A stretch of DNA of 64,000 bases from Chrysomallon squamiferum (taxonomy: Eukaryota; Animalia; Mollusca). The notes beneath the pieces are model-generated. The model was not told the DNA's origin. It was given only the letters and a program-made list of their open reading frames with translations, and searched no databases. The DNA lies in the NCBI GenBank assembly GCA_012295275.1, contig CM022670.1, positions 10,974,001 to 11,038,000 of the forward strand, written 5' to 3'. The first letter of the stretch is position 1. Every line of letters begins with the position of its first letter. This document shows positions 48,895-62,517 of this stretch, in pieces. A program made the translations under genes and the position numbers.

Positions 48895-50328
48895 TGAATA
48901 TTTATTTACTGTCTCTTTGAGTTTAGTTTATAACACATCGGTAATAACTGCTGAATTATTCCCCTCTAGATACATATACAGTTAGAACGAATATTGAATA
49001 ATACGGTAACTTTACTTCGCTTATTATACGGTATGTGATACGCTGTCCAATTAATATTTTAAATAAAAATATGACCGTATTTTTATTGTTTCTGAAAGCT
49101 ATATAAAGCAAGATTTAGAAGGTGTTAAGTAGCTATGAGGTTGAAAATTATGATTACTAATGACTAGCATGTGACACTAAACCTTTAATCTCACCACACA
49201 TAGTGCAGATATTGTTCCTGATGCATAATTTCGATAAACTGTTTGTAAATAGTATATATTAATGTAACACGGCTTACTCTTATATACGTTTCACTTAAAG
49301 CCATTCACACGTACTGAAGAAAAAATATTTATATGTAGGCAAGTAATTAATACTGAAAAATTATATAAACAAGGATTTATTTATTTTTTGTACATAACGT
49401 CTGCTTAAACTTAATTCTAGATTAAATGTAGTTCTTACAGCGCAGGTGTTATAAATTGTTTCATTTCAAAATATGTTTTACATCTAAACCTACATAACTG
49501 CAGTTTCATTAGATACAGTTGTTTTTCTATATTGTCAGTTACAGGCATTTTATATACCAGCATCCAACAATGAATATATATTTATCTCAAAATAAATAAA
49601 TAAACGAATAAATGTAATGAAATAATAATAATAATAATAATAATAATGATGATGATGATGGTTATGACGATAATGAATATTTAAAGAGACATCAACAGGC
49701 ATTAGCATTAATGATTATTAGGTTGTTAAACTAATATTTATTTTGGCTCTTACCGATTCGTAGAAAAAGATGTTTCATATGTACCTACTCGCACACTGAA
49801 AAGCTAAGTACTTACTAATCAGTCATGTTACGTATTTTTGACAGGTAGGCAAGTGAGATAAAAAATGAAAATAAAAAAAAGTATATATATTTCTAATTTG
49901 AATCCATTTAATTTCAATGATTTTGTCTTTTATTTTTCTTAAATGAAATATATACATGCCTTAAATGATCGTTCAGGGAAAGCAGAACTACAAATGTTAC
50001 CGTTTAGTACCGCTAAGAGAGATAACTCTTGTTCTACTGTTAACATTCAGTTCAAACAGTTATCTTTCTTGCACCACCAAAACAAATTATTTGAAATTGA
50101 TTTAAATAACCAGATGGATTATTAATTATAAACATTTTCTTCGAAACGTTCAACAGCTAATGGAGAAAATTCCTTAAGTCAGAATCATCATTAGCTTGAG
50201 CTGGACATGTATAATGGTATATATTTTAGTTATCACTTGTTGTTTACATTTATACTGACTATCGTGATTTCCCTTGATAATTATTTTAGTTAGGAAATAT
50301 AAATGTATAATTACAACTAAAAAATACA

Positions 50329-50389
<61 letters not shown>

Positions 50390-50864
50390 ATATTCGCACA
50401 GAAAACAAATATCTTAGAATTATATTTGTATAAGGTAATAACAATCCAGTGTTCTGTTCATTACATCAAAATGCTCTTTTTGATGTTCTAGTTTTTGTTG
50501 TTTTTTTTTTAATAAAAAAATAGAAAAAAAAAAAAAAAAAAAAAGAAAAAGAAAAAACAACACCACAATCTGTTTTAAACCTTTCAAAACACGGTAATAA
50601 TTTATATGTTTATACGTTAAATATCCGTTTAATATGCATTTACTTCAACTGTCAGATTAGCTTTTTATATATTTTTATATGGAAATGAACCAAAATATAA
50701 TTTAAAGTCGTCATTTTATTCATGACTTCAAGTACGATGTGTATCATATGCTGATTTCATACTATTGTAAATTGTGAAAATACAATAACGTTCATTATAA
50801 ATTTCATTTAGTTCGTGTCCTATCTGAAGTCGCAATTACATATAGGTTAATTGGATCGCTCAAG

Positions 50865-51228
50865 ATTCTTGCAGGTGAGTAATATTTTGATAAGATATGG
50901 GAAAACGAAACTTATAAATATGAATATATATTTTTTTTTTTTAAACTTCATTTATGAAATTATAAAATATAATGGCTAGGATTAAATTAGTTTTCTGTCA
51001 TATCGTACAACAAAATTCTGTTTTCATTAGACAGTCAGTCTTTGCTCAGAAAACTGTAACCAGAACACAGATACTTTAAATTCATAACACTATGTGATAG
51101 GCCATTTCTTATTATATTATTTTGTAACGCTGCATTTATATGCTGCATTTACACATTTATACTCCATGGTTTATAGTATATAAACAGTCAAGTAACCCAA
51201 ATTTTTCTTGATTAACTGGGAAATTTAA

Positions 51229-51287
<59 letters not shown>

Positions 51288-52614
51288 CAACAACAACAAC
51301 AAAAAAATATTAATAATAATAATAAGTAATAAAGTTGAGTTGGTGAAAAGTACCGAAGAACGAAACTTGCCATCATATACCACGAGTAAAGTCATGTTGT
51401 TTACAAGTATTAAATCTAAATTATTATATTTCACAATGTGATGTTTGTATGCGTATCCACTGATCGTATGGTGTACAGGCTTCGAATAATAACTTTTATA
51501 TAAAAATGTTTAAGATGTTTAAATTTACTGGAATATTCTTCGTATAGTCTAATGTAACTAATGGATGAGAAAATTAACCGAACTAAATAAGATACTGATA
51601 TATTTAAAATCTCAGCTAAATTATAATTATTGATGTAAAAATAACGTGATGAGTAAGCTACTGAGTTCATATTCATTGCAAGCCTTGTGAAAGTGCAGAC
51701 TGAAACACTCAGATAGAGTATCTCTAGGTATCGTGCGTTCGTTTGTTTTTGAAATGTTCTTAACTGATGCCAAATACTATGACTGTAGGTCAGCATGGTT
51801 ATCATATATGGCATTAGAAGATTAAACAAATTGACAAAATCAAAACACATTAACCTCAGTGTGTTCACTAACTTGAGAAATAACCAACAAGTATGAGATG
51901 TCAATGCTAATTAATAACAGATCACTGTAATTCTAACAAATCTATCTGATGATTTCTTTTTTTTTTTTTTTTTTTTTGTTGAAGGATCAAAAACTCAGTC
52001 GTTTCAATCTGATTTCTTGTTTTTCTTAAATGAAAAAAAAAGATAGTGCGAACAGGTCGTCCAAACCGAGTTCTTGTTATTGATGTCATTGGCTGTGCTC
52101 CAGAGCATGAAGAACAAAGCAGCCACGCGGAAGATTTCTGACATTCAAGTGCATTCGTCAAACTTAGAGTTGATTATCGTTAATGTTGAATGTCTTCAAT
52201 CGTTATCTGGACCAGTCTTCGAAAAAGAACGGAAAAAAATACGTCAAACATATCGACCTCATGGTATGACACTTAAAAAAAAAAAAAACGTCTATTTTGT
52301 AAACAAAATTCTTATTTAGGAAAATTTTATTTTTTTAATACCATCGGATGACTAATACAAGACGCAGTAACAAAAGACTGTGAGATAACGCTTCATCAAA
52401 ATCTGCAGTTTTTGTGGCATATACGTTGAAGAGGTCTACTCAGGCTGTACAGAAATTAGAACTGTTTTCATGTTTTTAACTACAGCCTTCTTTTCGCAAA
52501 ATCTGACATGACTTATTCTGGCAGGTGAGTAATATTTTGGTAAGATATGGAAAAATGAAACTTATAAATAAGAATATATATATATTTTAAAACTTCATTT
52601 ATGAAATTATAAAA
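50865..52614 (+). repeat. Dispersed direct duplication of about 100 bp (50865-50967 and 52515-52614)
   Basis: attct(t/g)gcaggtgagtaatattttg(a/g)taagatatgg..gaaacttataaata..aaacttcatttatgaaattataaaa is present twice. Confidence 0.9.
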
Positions 52615-53650
52615 AAAAAACATACTTTGATTATAATATACTGAAATCACGTAAAGAACGTTACATTCACCGTGTCCTGTCTTTATAAAAAAAAAAAAAA
52701 AATAACTAGCATATAATATAGGTTACATTTGTAATCTAAGGATAACAGCGTAATAAAACTGAGAGATAATCACATTTGATCTCGTATCAAAGTTCTTGTC
52801 ATGTTACTCAGTTTGATAAGATTTTTAATGTGTTTTCTATGAAGCGTTCTAGCTGAAGTAACTTTGAAAATGGGTAACTGATACTCGTTAATGAAGTCAG
52901 TTTAATACTTTCTCTTATCTCGGTATGGGTCAAACAAACTGCTGACCAACATAAGTTAATTTATCTAAACTGCTAAGAAACATGTCTGTGTTTGCGTAAT
53001 GCTTGTTAAGAACGAATCCAAGGCATCTATGTAAAAAAATAAAAAATGTACCTAAATGTTCAGGTTTTTTAATTTTTTTAAAGCTAGATTAAAATGTTAT
53101 GAGTAAACATTATTCATAAGATGAGGATTTAGCTTCTCCAAATGTCTGATAGACACCAGCACTTGAGAAAAAGAAAAGTTATTTGAAACGTTTTAGACTC
53201 GCAATACAAATAAATAAATGGAAAAAAAAAGAAAAGAAAAAAAGAACCCAGAATAATATACATACATTTAATGCGAATGAAAAAAAAAATGATCAACAGA
53301 TAAATAGAATTTTAAAAAATAATAAAAGACATTTAAAGAAGAGAAGAAAAGAAAAAGAAAAAAAAGAAAAAAAAAGAATCTGAAGCACATCCAGCTAACT
53401 AAAGGCAGTTAAAAATAAAGTATTTTAAATGGTTGAATTCTGCAGTAATACTGATCACGTATGGATAGCCAAAGAAACTGACATAGCAAAATGCCTTTGA
53501 AGAGTTTGAATGATGTATCATGAGTAAAAGAAAACTGTGCATTATACAACTGATTCTTAATAACTAGTAGTAAATCTTACTAACATAACCCTCCTAAAAA
53601 CATATTTCAAGTGACAGTTAAATATGTTAAAATGACAAAGCTGCTGATTT

Positions 53651-53698
53651 TTATCTCACTCATTATCTCACTCATTATCTCACTCATTATCTCACTCG
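53651..53698. repeat. 12-bp tandem repeat x4 (ttatctcactca)
   Basis: Directly visible. Confidence 0.9.
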
Positions 53699-54984
53699 TT
53701 CACACATACACATACACATGCACATACACATTCACACATACACTCACACTAAAAATCTATTTATCAGATTTAGATAAACATTGAAAAATGATATTGTTAG
53801 CGGGCGTTCTTTCAACACAGGGAACTGATCTATATGTATTAATGTTTTGATGCTTATGTATCTATTCTACATTCACACCTATTTATATAACAAGATAATT
53901 ATTTCCGAATGTTTCTGTTTCTTTTATTAATTATTTACTGTTATTAATATAATTGTAATAAACACAGGGTTTCACCAGAAACTGTTACTAAGAGAAAAAA
54001 TTAATATATCGGTTTCAGTTAATTAATCTCTCTGTATATATATGTGTCAGCAAAACTCGATAAATATAGATTACCAATGTCTCGGTTTATGTTTCCTGTA
54101 TTTAGAGATATCGGTTATCCTGATAAAGATTATATTAACATTGTGAAACTTAAACAAATAGCAACATACATATTCTGATACTGATATATTTTTTTTCAAT
54201 ACTGAACCATTAAAGACATTTTTTTTTTTTTTTAAACAAATCTTCCATTTCAGCAAAATGTCCTGTGACGTTACAAATTTTCTTTAACAAATCTGACGAT
54301 TCAACCCCTGCAATTACACCAAAACCTTCCCCTCGGATAACGAGACTTGAAGCAGATCACACGACTGAACAAAGAAACAAGACGACATCAAATATTAACG
54401 TAAATTTAATTTCACGTGTAATTATTTTTACTAAGTATCTAGAACTGACGTCGCACTTCACGTGACCTAGGCATGTTTTAATGATGGATGGATAAAGTAA
54501 TTTTGGGAATTATTATAAATAAATTAATAATGAAAAAAAAAAATAATAATTTAAAAAAAAAAAACCCGAGTAAAATCAAAGTCGGATGTTTTTTTGTGTT
54601 TTTTCTGAAGTTTTCCCCTTGATCTGGTATTTTCAGTGAAATAATGAAAAGAAAAAAAGAGAAAGTTATTTATTACTGTGCACTAATGGTGATAGTGAAC
54701 GGAAGCCAGGAACTGTGTTAGACGTGTGAATAGTGTACACATGTTGAAATTTATCATAAAAGAATAGCAGTGATAATAAGATGAATGTAAACCGTCAAAT
54801 AAAATTATATTAACAAACCAGATAAGTTGATTATTTACTTCCTTTTTGTACACCTGTGCAAATACAGATACACGCATGCACGTGCACGCTTGCACACGCA
54901 CACTCATAGATTATTTTCATATTTACATATTCATAAACTGATTATGCAGAACAAATATACTGACTGCAATATGTTCAGCCAAGA

Positions 54985-55018
<34 letters not shown>

Positions 55019-55159
55019 TAAATGTATATGCATATGTATATATGTATGTATGTTCAGACAGATACATAGACAAACAGACAGCGACAGATTAACTAATACA
55101 TATTTACATAATACTACACATTAACTATATGGATGCATCTTTGGAAACATACATTTACA

Positions 55160-55220
<61 letters not shown>

Positions 55221-56239
55221 TTGTATATACAAACTGATAGTTTAGTGAAATGGATTTACCAGTCTCTGAATGTGTTAACTGTTTTATGGCTAGTTTAATA
55301 TCTGTTTATATGATTTGGCTGGTTTGTAATTCATTTGCAGCACGTTCTTACAGCATGATGACTGAAAATCCATTTTCCTGCAGTGTTGATATTTTTTTTC
55401 TCTCTCGGCTGAGTTTGATTTCAATTACTTAATGCGGATTCTGCGGTGAATTTTGCAACTGCTGATAATTATAGGTCTAACTTGGATTACATTCATGAAC
55501 GAGCTTTATAACTCTTGAGCAGATACAAGATAAATGGACTCCAGTGGCGGTTTTGGCTTGTCGAATGTGGCCGCTTCGGTTAAATATTAGGGTAGCGGGT
55601 TAATTTAGGTGAACATGGGTAGAAAACTACTGTATCACCGGTTAGAGTGTATATAAAGACAGCTGACTGGAAATATCGGAGAAAGCACCCTTTACGTAAG
55701 TTTAAGCGTAATATTTTCAGAAGTCAGTTATCTCTTTGCTGAAGATTTCAATTCTTTATGTTGAATAAAAGAGTTTTATCTGAGTTTTATAGAACTACAA
55801 TGAACTAAAAATGCATTTATTGACGTTGTTGTTGTTGCTGTTGTTGCTGTTGTTGTTATTACTGGTTTTTCTTCTCTTTCTTTTTTCTTTTTTTCCTTTT
55901 CCTTTTCTTTTCTTTTTTAAGTATTTCCGAAATTCATTTGACAGGACAGAAGTACATCTTTTTTGTTTCTATTAAATATGTTCTTATAAAAAAAAAAAAA
56001 AAAAAAAAAACAAATGAACAAAAACAAAAAAAAAAAATAATAATTACTTGACCAGACAATAGTAAAAATCATTATTAGTAAATAAAAAATAAAAATAATT
56101 AAATAACATAAATAAATTTAAAAAAAAACATCACGTGAAAATACACAGATTATAATCAAAACAAAATAACGAAATATAAATAAAGATAATAACAAAACTA
56201 ATAATAAGAAGACGAAGAAGAGCAACGTCAACAACAATG

Positions 56240-56270
<31 letters not shown>

Positions 56271-56904
56271 AGGACACGCCAAATAGCTTTAAAATATACA
56301 CGGATAGCTGACTTTAATTTACATACACTTATAACATAAACTTCTGCCTTGTTACTGAAGAAAATCCTTTCTTTTATATTTGTTCGCTGTGACAAAACAC
56401 AGCTATCCCAGCTTTCAATGTAGGCGTTTCCAGTGGGCGTGTTTAGCACCCGTAAACTCGACGACGCATTAGATTTACTCAGAATACCTCTCTTAGAATC
56501 TATTAACTGTTTAATTCATCAGCTCGGAATTATTATTCTGTCGCATTCATTACCCAGACAGGATTTTTTTTTATCTTTTTACCTGTTTCTATTAAATAAT
56601 CTTCAAATGAATCTGGACAAAATAATCAAAATGTCATTAGTCATCTCGCGATAACATGATGATGAGAACCACAAACATGTATTTATAAAAGTATTAATCT
56701 CTCAAGTCCTATATATCATAAGAAGGTATTTCGGTGCATTGTGTACACACAAATGGAATCTCTTCGTAGGGTTGTGGGGGGGGGATGAGAATTCTTTTTC
56801 ATTTGCTTTCTGCTTCTTGTTTTTTTTTTCTTCTATTTTTCATTCTGCGTTTCTTTCTTTCTTTTTTAATTTTTTGTTGTTGTTGTTTTGTTATTTCTTA
56901 TTCT

Positions 56905-56928
56905 TCATTTCTTCTTCTTCTTCTTCTT

Positions 56929-56959
<31 letters not shown>

Positions 56960-57135
56960 TTATTATTATTATTATTATTTTATTTTATTTTTATTTTTAT
57001 TTTATTTTATTTTTTTATTTTTATTTTTTTGTTGTTGTTTGTTGCTGTTATTAATTTTCTTCTTTTTCATTTATTATTATTATAAGTTTTCTTTTTTGTT
57101 TTGTTTTCTTTTTTTTTTTTTTTTTTTTTTTGCTT
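56905..57135. repeat. (TTC)n(TTA)n and T-rich low-complexity tract
   Basis: Directly visible. Confidence 0.95.
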
Positions 57136-57644
57136 AGGAAATTATAAAATAAATAAAAAATTACAAAGAATAGATATTCAAAAAACAATAGCAAAGATAG
57201 TTAACATTCAAATTAAAGAATTTGTATGCTGGTCCGCAAAATGATGCCTAAAACAATATTCGATGCAGTAACTAAAATTATATTTCATGTCTTACTATAG
57301 CTCCAGTATGAACTGTGAACTTATTACTGATTAATTATAATACAATAATAAAAAAATATATTTTTTTTAAAAAACCAAAAAAAAAAAAAAAACCCACCAC
57401 CAATAATAACAGCAGTAATAGCAATTTGATGCAGCAACAGCAGAACCAAGAAGAAGAAACAACAGTGTTAAAATTTAAATTTAAAATTTAGTAAAAAGAA
57501 ATCACAGTATATTTCAGATAATGAATCAGTTATATTTTACAGCACGTAGTACTACTGTCCTTGATGCAGAAAACGTAGAAACTGTCGAGATTACATTTCA
57601 AATCAGTAAACTGACTTTACGTGAAATAAGCAGTGTCTAAAAGG

Positions 57645-57686
<42 letters not shown>

Positions 57687-60514
57687 AAACACATACACAA
57701 ACGCATTCAACTGTAATTTCGTGTGATGGCAGAAGTGAAAGATGTTCGAGTCTTTACATAATTGTTACTTTACTTATTTTGATATTCGATTTGTTTTAAC
57801 ATTTGTATTTTCAGTTCGTCACTAACCGACTTCTGAACAGAGCGTAGTAAATCAGAAGTTTCCGCGTGGTTGTAAAAACGATCACATATATTTACATAAT
57901 AATACTCAGAAGCCGACATCTTTGCATATATCAATCAAACAACCCGGCGTATTAAAAGACAGCTAACACGTTATCACCAGAGTGCTTATACCATGAGAAG
58001 GCTGTTAAACTGTCTGAAATCTTCAAACTGCTCCGTAGTTAATCTGCAACAGTATCGATATACAACACATGATGAGCCGCTTTCCATGTAGCCCCTACGT
58101 CAGTGTTACGTAAAAACAGAGCAGATGCTCTTTTGCTAATCGTAAAAAGTAAAGAAAATCTTATTGTGTTGGGATACCGAATGCTGTTCTCGGTGTATTT
58201 CAGCAGCTGTTCAGCTTGTGCAAACGAGCATGTAGCGCCATGTGTGTGTTTGCCGCGCTTCTCGTGGCTTTCTGGTTCCAAATCTAGAACTGTCTGTGTA
58301 TCATCTTGATCGACTTTGGTTAGCCTCCAGAAATGCACCTTTAACTAACGTTCTTGGCGCGACTATCCAGACAATGTAGCGGAAAGAACAATGTGTACAG
58401 ATCATTCTGATTAGCTGACAAACACCGATCTTATTGCTAGCGGCTCTAGCCTTCGACCAGTCTCTGACTGCCAAGTGTTAACAGCTTTTTATCAGCTAAC
58501 GATTGATTATTTTGTGTGCAAGGGCACTGACATCATCATCTTGGACGTGAAAAATGGAATAAAGAATACATCCCCGTGTTTATTAAAAAAAATAATAATA
58601 ATAATAAAAATAAAAAATAATTAGAAGAAAAACAAAAGAATAATAATAATAAAAAAAAAAGAATTCGAAAAATTAACAAAGTTCTGATGACTACCTTCCT
58701 CAGACAGACTCCATGACTTATGGCATCTTGAATTCAGTCTAATCTTAAAGAGAACCATTCCAACATTTGGCATTTTCATGATGTTTTACGCGAGAACAGT
58801 CACCAAAGGAGATAATTATTATCCTTGCGATAACTGACAACGCAGCTCCACCAAAGGTATTAAATAAAAAATTGGATAAAGTTTTCTAAAAGTAGAACTG
58901 GTTCTTGCAAATGTTTAACGTGCTGGCTTTGACTTTGAGTTGTTATGTCAGTGTAATGGCACTTCACATAAATTCGTGATGAATTTGTAAAAGTTCTGCA
59001 AGAAGCCATTATTTACGTAATTCTGTAAATAACTATTTAATTAGCATATTTCAAGAGGTGCCATAGAGTACAGCGGGAATGACTAATGAATGCCGAATGT
59101 GGGAAAAGAACAGTAATGTCATTTCTGCTGTTATAATAATATAATTCGATGATGAACAATATTATGTTACCTATAAACCCAATAACTGCTATATGATATA
59201 ACAATAACAGTATGAGGACATAACCGCAAAAAGAACACCAGACATTTTTATCTTCTCCAATGAAAAATTTTCAATTTATTTTTTTTTGAATTATATATAT
59301 ATATATTAAAATATATGTGTTTTGTATTTGTGTGTTTGTGTAATTTGATAATCAACCAGAACAGTTTACTGAATAAATCAAACGTTTTATGTACATTCAT
59401 GTACGTTATGTGATGACACTTCTTTTACATGATTTGCTTATATCGTACCTTGCAGGACTGGCGAACTTTAACCGAACTGAACTTTATATTTTATATCTAA
59501 AACAAAATTAATGACCAAACCAGTGAACCTATTCAGTTTCGGCCAAAAGATACGTCTGCAGTTTGCTGGTGTTGATGGCATTTGTTTACGAATTACTTCT
59601 GTTCTGACATAAATTAAGGGGATCAGACCTCTAACACTTTGAGCTGACCATGAACACCTTCACTGTCAAATGATTTCACCACAGCTGACTAAATTTGGTC
59701 AAAAATAACACAGCAAAATAATCCTGTAAATACTTAGTGACCATAAGATTAACAAAAATAACGTAATTTATTATTAGCACTCTATTAGCTCTAACAAAGA
59801 AAAACAACAACATATGAAGTATACTGAATGAAATGTGGCCTGTCTTTGCCCTGAAATACTTTAAGAATGTACTTACTTATACACTAAATCACACTGACTA
59901 TTATATGTCTTGAAGTGTGTGTGTGTGAGTGCGTGTGCTTTTAAATTTACGAATGAACGGATTTATCGACTAATGCATGTATATATGTATGTAGCTGTGC
60001 ACGTGTGCAACTGTGTACGCACACACGCACGTATGTTTCACACATATGTGTACGAAACACACGTGCATACAGAAGGCCTTCTCAATCTGACCACGCCGCT
60101 GTCTGTCTTTTTTTTATAATCTTCCCATTTGTTTCTTTTCACAAGCTTTTGTTCGCTGCGCTGTGGAATGAAATGAAAATCCAGCCCGGCTGGGTGCACG
60201 TGGAACGTTGGCTCGTATTTAATGATTAGTCTTTGTACGTCAATCATAAGGCTATCTGGGAGTTCCGCGTCATTAAAGGGTTTAACTACAGGGTAATGGG
60301 ATGGTCACCACTTCCAGAACCCGTAACTTGACAGCCACGAATCAGTGAACAGACTTCATTGGTGCATAACTATGAAACTTTATCTGCCATTTTTCTGCCT
60401 CATTTCATCTCGGAATTAACCTACTGGCCCTGAATAACAGACTATCAAACACCTGCACTGCTCATACCGCTCTCATAGAAAAACACGTTACAGGAGGTGT
60501 TCTCAGAAAATCGC

Positions 60515-60965
60515 TTTGTTGTTACTGTTATTATTACTGTTGTTGTTGTTGTTGTTATTGTTGTTACTGTTATTTTTTTTTTATTGTTATTGATGTTTTT
60601 GTTGTTGTTGTTAATGCTATTATTGTTGTTGCTGATGTTGTTGTTGTTGCCATTGTTATTGTTGTTGTTGCTTTTACTGCTGTTTTTGTTATTTTTGTTG
60701 TTATTGTTGTTGTTGTTACTTTTACTGCTGTTTTTGTTATTTTAGTTGTTATTATTATTGTTGTTTTTTGTTTGTTTTGTAGTTGTTGTTGTTGCCTTTA
60801 CTGCTATCTTTGTTATTTTTGTTGTAATTGTTATTATTATTACTGTTGTTGTTGTGGCTGAAGATATTGTTATTGTTGTTGGTTGAGGTGTGATATTTTT
60901 TTTTTTTTTTTGTTGTTATTATTTTATTGTCCATGTTGTTTGTTTTGTTGTTTTTTGTTTGTTAT
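60515..60965. repeat. Degenerate (TTG/TTA)n low-complexity tract
   Basis: Directly visible; source of poly-Leu/Val pseudo-ORFs. Confidence 0.92.
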
Positions 60966-62486
60966 TTTTATTTTCTGTAAAACCACACACAGTACAGATC
61001 GGTAATCTAACACCGGTCCACGGTATTGAAGTTAAAACTGAAACTATTCAGCGTCTTTGCCACCAAAGCCTGAAGTGACACAAACTTATTTGCGTTTCAC
61101 ATCGATTGTAAAGAAATCTTTGTTTCGTTAACGTTAAAAAGTTAAGATCTTAAAACCCACAGCATGAATACCTCATGCCGCGAATATTCTTCATCTTGAG
61201 ACAGGTGTGTCGTTAAAAAAAAAAAAAAGAGCACAACTAAATATACAAGTAAAATAATACTGTTGACAAATTACAGTGTGCTCTGACAGTCTTGTTTGTA
61301 ATTTTCACAAAAGGGCTGTCGACTGACTACAGTATGGGCACAGCGTGGGACTTGTAACCGACAACATCCACCACTGAGACCAATCAGTGGACTGACTGCA
61401 GCAGCGCCTTCAGAAACGACTACAAATCAGCAGACGCTAGCAAAAGCTGGTACTAAAATACTGACTGACACATTAATATGGTATTTTACAGCCGTTGCGT
61501 TGCCCTCATTGGTGTTTGCCGAAATTATCTACGAACTGAAACGATAACATTACCCATTACAAATCATATTAAAGATATATGAGAAAAAAATAAAGATAGT
61601 TCGGTTTAAAATGGATGAGAATCCGTTCAGGAAATTCCAGATTAATGTTTGTTTAGGTCAGGAATGTGTATGGGTATGGATAAATGTTAAACGACACCTC
61701 AGCAGAAAATTACTTTAGTAGCTAATATTATAAAAAACTTGATCGATTTGTTTGCTCTTCATATCAAAACAGTGTGTACATGTCTTTAAGAAGTAACCCT
61801 TGTAACTGGTAAGTATTAAATTACGGACAACCTGTAGCTGTGTGGAGTTGTTTCAATGTACCTGTATTTATGTGGGAAAAAACAAACAAATAAAGCATTA
61901 AAGAAATCGTTTATCAATATAATTTTACTAAACAGATTTTTCTTTTTCCACATATTTTTTTAAATGGTTCATGATTTAAAAAAACCTGCAGATTGGTTAC
62001 TGGACACGAATGGGGCATTCACATTCATCAAGTTATTCTGTTGCAAGTTTATTTATTTATAATACACCAGAAAAGAAGGTTAAAAAAAAAATTAAAAAAT
62101 GACCAACTCAGAGAAACAACAATCTTCAACTTTTTTTTTTTTCTTTTTTTTCAGTTAAAGAAAGTTTCGTTAGGTTCTGTAACACATACCTTTCAGGTAC
62201 ATGAGTAAGCGTGTTAGGATTAAATGTCACGTACATAATTATCAGCGGAAATTCTTTTGATTTTTCGGCTTTATCTCAGCTCCGCTGTGCTCTGATTCCC
62301 ACTTTATTTCGTTTGAAAATGTTGAATGTTACAAATTAATGATCCTTCGAATATTCATATTATTTTATCTTTTTCAGTTCGAAGATGATTTTTTTTTTTT
62401 TTTTGGTTTTGTTTTGGTTCATTTATTTTTATTTTTTTATATTTTTTTATTTTATTATTTTTATAATAATAATAATAATAGTAATA

Positions 62487-62517
<31 letters not shown>

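Noticed and set aside
51431-51904. 157-aa minus-strand ORF
   Set aside because: Non-ATG start, AT-rich composition, no motifs or splice support.
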